From Caulobacteraceae bacterium UBA6225 (lineage in GTDB: Bacteria > Pseudomonadota > Alphaproteobacteria > Caulobacterales > Caulobacteraceae): a DNA stretch of 32,381 bases. This document shows positions 26,455 to 32,381 of this stretch, piece by piece; position 1 is the stretch's first letter; every line of letters starts with the position of its first letter. The DNA lies in the NCBI GenBank assembly GCA_002441055.1, contig DJWR01000085.1:55362-87742 (forward strand). Direction: 5' to 3'. Position numbers and translations under genes: made by a program. Under the pieces are notes generated by a model. That model worked only from the letters and a program-made list of their open reading frames with translations. It did not search any database and was not told the origin of the DNA.

Positions 26455-26517
26455 GCGGGAGCGCCCTCATAGCCCTTGGCCGACAACTATATCGTAGCAA
26501 GAGCGTCCGTAAGGGGA

Positions 26518-26607
26518 TGGCGGACGGGGTGGGATTCGAACCCACGGTGGGCTTTCACCCACGGCGGTTTTCAAGACCGCTGCCTTAAACCACTCGGCCA
26601 CCCGTCC
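26518..26607 (-). tRNA. tRNA-Ser (anticodon UGA), 90 nt, long variable arm, encoded CCA
   Basis: Reverse complement GGACGGGTGGCCGAGTGGTTTAAGGCAGCGGTCTTGAAAACCGCCGTGGGTGAAAGCCCACCGTGGGTTCGAATCCCACCCCGTCCGCCA folds into a cloverleaf with anticodon loop CT-TGA-AA. Confidence 0.98.
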
Positions 26608-26617
26608 GGAGGGGCGG

Positions 26618-26647
26618 GCTATAGCAGGGCCCGGGCCGCTGTTCCAA
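26618..26647 (-). promoter_or_regulatory. sigma70 promoter of tRNA-Ser
   Basis: On the - strand: TTGGAA-N18-TATAGC followed by a GC-rich discriminator (CCGCCCCTCC) directly before the tRNA 5' end. Confidence 0.6.
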
Positions 26648-26723
26648 GGCTTCTGGCGCCGGCTTAACCTCGCCGCAAGGCTCAATCTTCATGCTCCGGT
26701 AAGCACAGGCAGAGGAGCCGGAC

Positions 26724-27632
26724 ATGGAAGGTGACCCGCGTCGTCGTCAGATCAGGACCGCCCGGGCCCTCGTGGGGGTAAGCCTTGCCGCCCTGGTGGT
26801 CACAGCCTGCGCCGCCCCGAAGCCAAAACTTGCGAGCCGGCTGCCCCAGGCCGAGTCATCCGGAGCTAAGGCGCCGACGGGGGCGGGCGGAACCTACAAG
26901 GTCGGCAAACCCTATCAGGTGGCGGGCGTCTGGTACGTGCCTAAGGAAGACCCAACCTATAACCGCGTGGGGACTGCGTCCTGGTATGGGGCCCAGTTTC
27001 ACGCCAAGGCCACCGCCAACGGCGAAGTGTTCGACATGGACGCCCTGACGGCCGCCCACACCACGCTGCCCCTTCCAAGCCTGGTTGAGGTCACTAATCT
27101 GGAGAACGGTCGCAAGGTCATCGTGCGGGTCAATGACCGCGGCCCCTTCGTGGGCGACCGCATTATCGACATGTCCCGCGCAGCGGCGCGGGAGCTGGGC
27201 TTTGAGTCCAAGGGGCTGGCCAAGGTCCGCGTTCGCTATGTGGGGCGGGCGCCCCTGGGCGGCCGGGGTGATCCAGGGGTGCGGCGGGCCGAAGCCCCGG
27301 CCAGCCTGCCCCCAGCGCCAATTCCCTACAGCCAACTCGCCAAAACGCCGCCGGCGCCAGTGAGCGCTCCGGAGCCTGTGCTGGCGGCGGCTGCGCCAAC
27401 CCCTCCATCGTCCAGCTATCGCGTGCAGGCCGGGGCGTTCGGCGATCGGATCAACGCAGAGCGCGCGGTCAGTCAACTGGCTCACGCAGGCCCTGCGGTC
27501 ATTGAGTCCGCCGGCGACGGTCTCTACCGGGTGGTGCTGGAGACGGGCGCCGACGAAGGACGGGCCTGGTTTATCCGCGACCAAGTGGCCAGCGCGGGCT
27601 TTGCTGATGCTCGGGTGATCCACCCCTACTGA
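26724..27632 (+). CDS. rlpA: Septal ring lytic transglycosylase RlpA lipoprotein (DPBB and SPOR domains)
   Basis: VTAC lipobox, YKVGKPYQV, GTASWYG, TAAHTTLPLPS, VRVNDRGPF and RIIDMS; SPOR domain YRVQAGAF; GAGGAG ribosome-binding site. Confidence 0.95.
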   Translation: MEGDPRRRQIRTARALVGVSLAALVVTACAAPKPKLASRLPQAESSGAKAPTGAGGTYKVGKPYQVAGVWYVPKEDPTYNRVGTASWYGAQFHAKATANGEVFDMDALTAAHTTLPLPSLVEVTNLENGRKVIVRVNDRGPFVGDRIIDMSRAAARELGFESKGLAKVRVRYVGRAPLGGRGDPGVRRAEAPASLPPAPIPYSQLAKTPPAPVSAPEPVLAAAAPTPPSSSYRVQAGAFGDRINAERAVSQLAHAGPAVIESAGDGLYRVVLETGADEGRAWFIRDQVASAGFADARVIHPY

Positions 27633-27678
27633 TCAGCCCGCCCTGGACTTACGACGCAAACCGGCCAATTTGAGCGCC

Positions 27679-28317
27679 GTGGACAAGGGTCGTTTCATCA
27701 CATTCGAAGGCGGGGAGGGGGGCGGAAAATCCACCCAGCTCCGCCTGCTGGGCCAGCGCCTTACCGGGCTGGGGCTGGAGGTTGTCGCCACCCGGGAGCC
27801 GGGGGGCTCACCGGGCGCCGAGGCGATTCGAGATCTGCTTGTTCGCGGCGAGGCTGATCGCTGGTCGGCCGTGACCGAAACCCTGCTGATGTACGCCGCC
27901 CGCCGCGATCATGTGGAGCGGGTCATCCGACCGGCGCTCGCCCGCGGCGCCTGGGTGCTCTGCGACCGCTTCGCCGACTCTACCCGCGCCTATCAGGGGG
28001 CCGCGGGCGGCGCTGACCCCGGCCTTATCGCGGCGTTGGAATCCTATGTTCTTGAGGATGTCAGCCCGGATCTGACCCTTATTCTCGACCTGCCGCCGGC
28101 CGCGGGTCTGGCGCGGGCGGCCAGCCGACCAGGCGGTGAGACCCGGTTTGAATCCAAGGGCGAGGCCTTCCACACGCGCCTGCGGGAGGGATTCCTGGCC
28201 ATCGCCGCGGCGGAGCCTGAACGGTGCCGGGTGATCGACGCCAGTCAGCCCCTTGAGACCGTCAGCGCGGCTATATGGGATGTCGTCGAAGCCGAACGTG
28301 GGCGCGTTGATGGCTGA
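27679..28317 (+). CDS. tmk: Thymidylate kinase
   Basis: FITFEGGEGGGKST, TREPGG, CDRF and PDLTLILD. Start is GTG 27679 or TTG 27670. Confidence 0.95.
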   Translation: MDKGRFITFEGGEGGGKSTQLRLLGQRLTGLGLEVVATREPGGSPGAEAIRDLLVRGEADRWSAVTETLLMYAARRDHVERVIRPALARGAWVLCDRFADSTRAYQGAAGGADPGLIAALESYVLEDVSPDLTLILDLPPAAGLARAASRPGGETRFESKGEAFHTRLREGFLAIAAAEPERCRVIDASQPLETVSAAIWDVVEAERGRVDG

Positions 28318-29314
28318 TTCTGCCTTACCGGCTCATCCCAGGGACACCTATGATCTGATGGGGCATGAAGCCTCCGAGGCGGCCTTCGAAGACGCAAGGG
28401 CCAGGGGCAGGCTTCACCATGCCTGGCTGTTGACGGGCCCGGAGGGAGTCGGCAAGGCGACCTTCGCCTATCGGGCGGCCCGGCGCCTGTTGGGGGCGCC
28501 CCCGGCCAAGGGGCATGGCGCGCTGGGCAGTGATCCTGATCATCCGGTCAGCCGTCAGGTCGCCGCGCGAGCCCATCCTGACCTGCTGGTGATCGAGCGA
28601 ATGGGGGAGGACGGGAAGCTCCGCAAGTCGATCCCGGTGGACGAGGCGCGCAAGCTCTCGGATTTTTTCTCAAAATCGCCCGCCGCCGCTCCGCACCGGG
28701 TGGCCATCATCGATCCTGCCGATGACCTGAACATCAACGCCGCCAACGCCGTGCTGAAAACCTTGGAAGAGCCTCCGCCGCGGGGGGTGATTTTCCTGGT
28801 GTCCCATTCCCCGGGGCGCCTTCTGCCCACCATCCGGTCGCGCTGCCGGAGGTTGCTGTTTCGCCCCCTCGGGCTCGAGGCCACGGCGGCCTTCGTGAGA
28901 GCCCAGATCAACGTCAATCCTGAGGATGCCCTGCGCCTGGCCCGGATGTCTGGTGAGGCCCCTGGGCGAGCCTTGACCATGGCCGCCGGGGCGGCTCTGG
29001 CTCTGGATGATGCAGCCCGGGAAATCCTCGCCCGCCTTCCGGATCAGGATGAGGCCGCGGCGCTGTCGCTCGCCGAGCGTTTTCGGGGCGGGGAGGGGGC
29101 CGCCAACTTCGCCCTGTTCATGGAGCGATTGGGGGAAAGGGTTCACACCCTGGCCCGGGAGCGGGCAGCCGCCCGCCTGGGCGGCCTTGATCCATGGGCG
29201 CAGGCATGGGAGAGGCTGAGCGTCCTGCCGCGCGAGGTCGAAGGGTTGAATCTTGACCGCGCCGACGCCCTGTTTACCGCGCTTCGCGAATTGCGGATCG
29301 CCGCCCGCGCCTGA
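28310..29314 (+). CDS. holB: DNA polymerase III delta' subunit
   Basis: GRLHHAWLLTGPEGVGKA, HPDL, AANAVLKTLEEPP and LLPTIRSRC; overlaps the tmk stop; standard tmk-holB order. Confidence 0.93.
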   Translation: MADSALPAHPRDTYDLMGHEASEAAFEDARARGRLHHAWLLTGPEGVGKATFAYRAARRLLGAPPAKGHGALGSDPDHPVSRQVAARAHPDLLVIERMGEDGKLRKSIPVDEARKLSDFFSKSPAAAPHRVAIIDPADDLNINAANAVLKTLEEPPPRGVIFLVSHSPGRLLPTIRSRCRRLLFRPLGLEATAAFVRAQINVNPEDALRLARMSGEAPGRALTMAAGAALALDDAAREILARLPDQDEAAALSLAERFRGGEGAANFALFMERLGERVHTLARERAAARLGGLDPWAQAWERLSVLPREVEGLNLDRADALFTALRELRIAARA

Positions 29315-29331
29315 CCGATCGCCCCCGATTC

Positions 29332-30108
29332 ATGCTCATCGACAGTCACGTTAATCTGCACGCCCCCCAGTTCGACGAGGACCGGGCAGAGGTCATTGCG
29401 CGCGCGCGGGCCGCGGGCATCGCCCTGATGGTCAATATCAGCGACAAGGTCTCCGGCTTTGCGGCGGTCCGCGCCGTGGCTGAGGCGCCTGACATCTGGT
29501 GCACAGTCGGCACCCATCCCCATGAAGCCAAGGAAGACCCGGACCTCTCGGCCCAGACCCTGATAGAGCTGGCCGATGATCCTAAGGTGGTCGGTATCGG
29601 GGAAACTGGACTGGACTTCCACTATGACCTCAGCCCACGGGACATCCAGGCCAAGGTGTTCCGCGCCCATGTGGCGGCGGCCAGGGCGACGGGACTGCCC
29701 TTGGTGGTCCACACCCGGGAGGCCGATGAGGTCATGGGCCAGATCCTGGAGGAAGAGTTCGCCGCCGGGCCGTTCCGCATGCTGATGCACTGCTACACCA
29801 GCAGCGCCGAGCTCGCCCGACGGGCGGCGGCCCTGGGCGCCTGGTTTTCGGTCTCGGGGATTGCGACGTTCAAGGCGGCGCAGGACGTCCGCGACGTGAT
29901 CGCCGAGATGCCCGCTGACCGAATTATCGTCGAAACGGACTGCCCCTATCTGGCTCCAGTACCGCAGAGGGGGCGGCGCAATGAACCCGCCTATCTCCCG
30001 CACGTCCTGGCCAAACTTGCGGAAGTCCGCGGCTGGTCTCTCGCTGACGCGGAAGCCCGTACCGAAGACGCCTTCTTTGCCCTGTTTGATAAGATTTCAC
30101 GCCGATGA
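29332..30108 (+). CDS. tatD: TatD family metal-dependent nuclease (YcfH-like)
   Basis: DSHVNL, GTHPH, IGETGLDFH, VHTREA, MHCY and ETDCPYLAP...GRRNEP. Confidence 0.93.
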   Translation: MLIDSHVNLHAPQFDEDRAEVIARARAAGIALMVNISDKVSGFAAVRAVAEAPDIWCTVGTHPHEAKEDPDLSAQTLIELADDPKVVGIGETGLDFHYDLSPRDIQAKVFRAHVAAARATGLPLVVHTREADEVMGQILEEEFAAGPFRMLMHCYTSSAELARRAAALGAWFSVSGIATFKAAQDVRDVIAEMPADRIIVETDCPYLAPVPQRGRRNEPAYLPHVLAKLAEVRGWSLADAEARTEDAFFALFDKISRR

Positions 30109-30941
30109 GCGGCGCCCTGGAGATCACGATCCTCGGCAGTGGATCGTCTGGCGGCGTGCCCAGGGCCGACGGCGACTGGGGCGCGTGCGACCCCGCCGAT
30201 CCCCGCAATCGGCGCTCCCGGTGTTCGCTGCTGGTCCGGCGTCTGAGCGGCGATCCCGAGGCGGACGCCGCGGACTTGACCACGGTGCTGGTCGACACCT
30301 CGCCGGACCTGAGACTGCAGACCGCTGCGGCAGGGGTGCGCCGACTGGACGCCGTGTTGCTGACCCACGACCACGCTGACCAGGTCCATGGCATTGACGA
30401 CGTGCGAGCGTTCTTCATTCGTCAGAGGGCCAAGATCCCCTGCCATATGGACGCCGCCACCTGGGCCACCCTGCAGCAGCGGTTTGGGTACATTTTTGAG
30501 GCGTCTGGCGGCTATCCTGCGATCTGTGATCCCGTTCTTCTGCCGCCGCTGGGGGAGGACTTCTCCGTCCAAGGCCCCTCAGGGGTGATCCCTATCGCGA
30601 CCTTTGACCAGGATCACGGCGGCGTCCGATCGGTGGGATACCGGTTTGGTGATGTCGCCTATTCCAGCGATCTCGTGGACCTTCCAGAGGCCTCCTTTGC
30701 GGCCCTTCAAGGCCTGGATGTCTGGATCGTGGACGCTCTGCGCTGGCGGCCCCACCCGACCCACGCCCATGTGGACCTCGCCTTGTCTTGGATTGAACGG
30801 CTCGCGCCGCGCCGGGCGATTCTCACGAACATGCACATCGATCTCGATTTCGCCGATCTTGCATCGCGCCTGCCAGACGGGGTGGAGCCCGCCTATGACG
30901 GCCTTCGCTTTCAACACGAACTACCGCCAGCATTTTCATGA
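30105..30941 (+). CDS. MBL-fold metallo-hydrolase (PhnP-like phosphodiesterase)
   Basis: ILGSGSSGGVP, NRRSRCS, VDTSPDLR, THDHADQVHG, HPTHAH and AYDG; ATGA overlap with tatD. Confidence 0.9.
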   Translation: MSGALEITILGSGSSGGVPRADGDWGACDPADPRNRRSRCSLLVRRLSGDPEADAADLTTVLVDTSPDLRLQTAAAGVRRLDAVLLTHDHADQVHGIDDVRAFFIRQRAKIPCHMDAATWATLQQRFGYIFEASGGYPAICDPVLLPPLGEDFSVQGPSGVIPIATFDQDHGGVRSVGYRFGDVAYSSDLVDLPEASFAALQGLDVWIVDALRWRPHPTHAHVDLALSWIERLAPRRAILTNMHIDLDFADLASRLPDGVEPAYDGLRFQHELPPAFS

Positions 30942-31546
30942 AAACAGAGGAGCTTAAGCTCGGATTCCTCGCCTCGAGAAACGGCAGCTCCATGCGCGCG
31001 ATTCTCGACGCCGTCGCCAGCGGCGACCTGCGCGCCCAGCCGCGTCTGGTGGTGAGCAACAATCGCACAGCGCCAGCGCTGGACTATGCGGCGGCGGCGG
31101 GCGTGCCCACCGCTTGGATCCCGACCAAGCTTGATCCAGCCGCAGCCGACCGGAGCCTCACGGAGGCCATGGCTGATGCCGGCGTAGAGCTGGTGGTGCT
31201 ATCGGGCTATCTACGCCGCCTGGGGCCGGTGTTTCTGGATCATTTTCGGGGGCGCGTGCTGAACATCCATCCTGGCCCCCTCCCGGACTTTGGGGGGGAG
31301 GGGATGTATGGCCGCCGGGTCCATGAGGCGGTGATCGCCGCTGGCCTGAGCCACAGCGCCGCCGTCATTCATGTGGTGGATGGCGAGTATGATCATGGTC
31401 CAGAGGTGGCGCGTCTGGACATCGCATTGGAGGCGGGCGAAACCGCCGAAAGCCTGGAGACCAGGCTCACGGCCCTGGAGCCGGACTTCTACCTGCGAAC
31501 ACTTCAGCAGATCACGAGGGGCGACCTCCGCCTGCCTACAGTTTAA
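30938..31546 (+). CDS. purN: Phosphoribosylglycinamide formyltransferase family protein (PurN-like)
   Basis: LASRNGSS phosphate loop, LSGYLR, catalytic LNIHP, FGGEGMYG and YDHGP; ATGA overlap with the MBL gene. Confidence 0.85.
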   Translation: MKTEELKLGFLASRNGSSMRAILDAVASGDLRAQPRLVVSNNRTAPALDYAAAAGVPTAWIPTKLDPAAADRSLTEAMADAGVELVVLSGYLRRLGPVFLDHFRGRVLNIHPGPLPDFGGEGMYGRRVHEAVIAAGLSHSAAVIHVVDGEYDHGPEVARLDIALEAGETAESLETRLTALEPDFYLRTLQQITRGDLRLPTV

Positions 31547-31603
31547 GGCTGGCTGCGCCGCTGGCTTCGGTCGGCCGTGGTGCGACACTTTCGCCGAACA
31601 TCA

Positions 31604-31618
31604 TTCATTTGCCTTTAA
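31604..31618 (+). promoter_or_regulatory. CtrA-box-like site
   Basis: TTCA-tttgcct-TTAA matches 7 of 8 positions of TTAA-N7-TTAA, about 40 nt upstream of ATG 31660. Confidence 0.4.
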
Positions 31619-31659
31619 GCCGGGGCGGGTCAGTTTAGGCCCACCTAGGGGAGCGATTC

Positions 31660-32049
31660 ATGACCGCAGTGGCCGCCACGATTATGGACCGCGTTCGCAT
31701 CAGCCCGGCGAAGGCGCTCGATCTGCTGGCCGGCGAGATCGCCATGGCATGTCATGCCTCACAGCATCTGGACGATACCCTGGGCAAGATGCTGGAGTTG
31801 ATTGCGCCGGAAGAACGGCTGAAGGTCATGCAGGATCTGCATGCCATTGACCTGTTGAATCAGCACCTGACCGCTCTGGCGAATTTTGCCCGCGACCTGG
31901 GGCTTCAGGCCAGCGAGGAAGCCGCTGTCGATCTTACCTCGGCTCTGAGCCACATCACCCTGGGTGATGTCGTCAAGCGGATCGAAGGCGCGGCCACCGG
32001 CGTCAGCTATGGCGCGGCTGACGAGGATGGCGACCTCGATCTCTTTTGA
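31660..32049 (+). CDS. Small helical protein, CheT/CheU-like chemotaxis protein candidate
   Basis: AGGGGAG ribosome-binding site; helical sequence with MQDLHAIDLLNQHL (DxxxQ), ITLGDV and an acidic/hydrophobic tail EDGDLDLF. Confidence 0.6.
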   Translation: MTAVAATIMDRVRISPAKALDLLAGEIAMACHASQHLDDTLGKMLELIAPEERLKVMQDLHAIDLLNQHLTALANFARDLGLQASEEAAVDLTSALSHITLGDVVKRIEGAATGVSYGAADEDGDLDLF

Positions 32050-32140
32050 GGGGTTTTGGTTTGCCAGCGATGCGCCAAGGGCCTCAGACGTCGCCACCTC
32101 AAATTTCCGATAATCTATCTTAGGCGAAGATCGTTAGCGG

Positions 32141-32380
32141 TCACGTTTGTGGATGCTCACTTTCTCGGCTCAACTCGCTACCTCCGCCTCGGCTGGGTGG
32201 CCTGACTGAGGCCATGATCGATTCGACCTCTCCCAGCGTGGCTTCGAAATAGTGTTCGGCCGGTGCAAGATAGATCACCACATAGGTCATGCCTCTGACT
32301 TCAGACGCCAGCGCCGCGCCGCTGATATCCAGCCCGTCCTGCGACTTCGTGGGAATAAGGCAAAGGCCGGCGCCTGGGAG
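32141..32380 (-). CDS. 3' part of a hypothetical protein (runs off the right edge; may be degraded)
   Basis: Open frame ...QDGLDISGAALASEVRGMTYVVIYLAPAEHYFEATLGEVESIMASVR...* has a protein-like core but an atypical low-complexity tail. Not in the ORF track because no start lies in the window. Confidence 0.5.
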   Translation of the reverse strand, partial: LPGAGLCLIPTKSQDGLDISGAALASEVRGMTYVVIYLAPAEHYFEATLGEVESIMASVRPPSRGGGSELSRESEHPQT

Positions 32381-32381
32381 G

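Noticed and set aside
24652..26607. Integrative element at tRNA-Ser
   Set aside because: I found no integrase and no duplicate of the tRNA 3' end (att site) in the window, so no mobile element is called.
26159..26685. ORFs overlapping the tRNA (26159..26545, 26467..26685, 26476..26667)
   Set aside because: These are spurious translations of tRNA-Ser and its flanks.

Overview
High-GC chromosomal segment of a Caulobacteraceae-like alphaproteobacterium. The lineage is inferred from a clear popA orthologue, the recG/sdhE/mfd/popA block and the tRNA-Ser/rlpA/tmk/holB/tatD/MBL block. Gene order: partial cfa-type methyltransferase; kdsA-hldE-hldD LPS core operon; DUF3089 protein; recG; unknown lipoprotein; sdhE-mfd; popA; SDR; CaiB/BaiF CoA-transferase; a three-hairpin intergenic sRNA candidate; YihY; tusA; MFS transporter; hybrid histidine kinase; ydbH-ynbE-ydbL; class II CPD photolyase; orphan arsR; tRNA-Ser(UGA); rlpA-tmk-holB-tatD-MBL hydrolase-purN paralogue; a CheT/CheU-like protein; and the 3' end of a hypothetical gene. 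I see no transposase, integrase, phage gene, CRISPR array or long repeat, so this is mostly core genome and I found no large novel multi-gene system. The best leads are the unannotated sRNA with a C-rich loop and a GTTCAG-N5-GTTCAG promoter repeat (15318-15484), an apparently catalytically dead DUF3089 hydrolase, a metal-independent-type KdsA, a class II photolyase and orphan ArsR beside the tRNA, and an orphan DxxxQ-motif chemotaxis phosphatase candidate with a CtrA-like box. All family assignments come from motif recognition by eye, not database searches.
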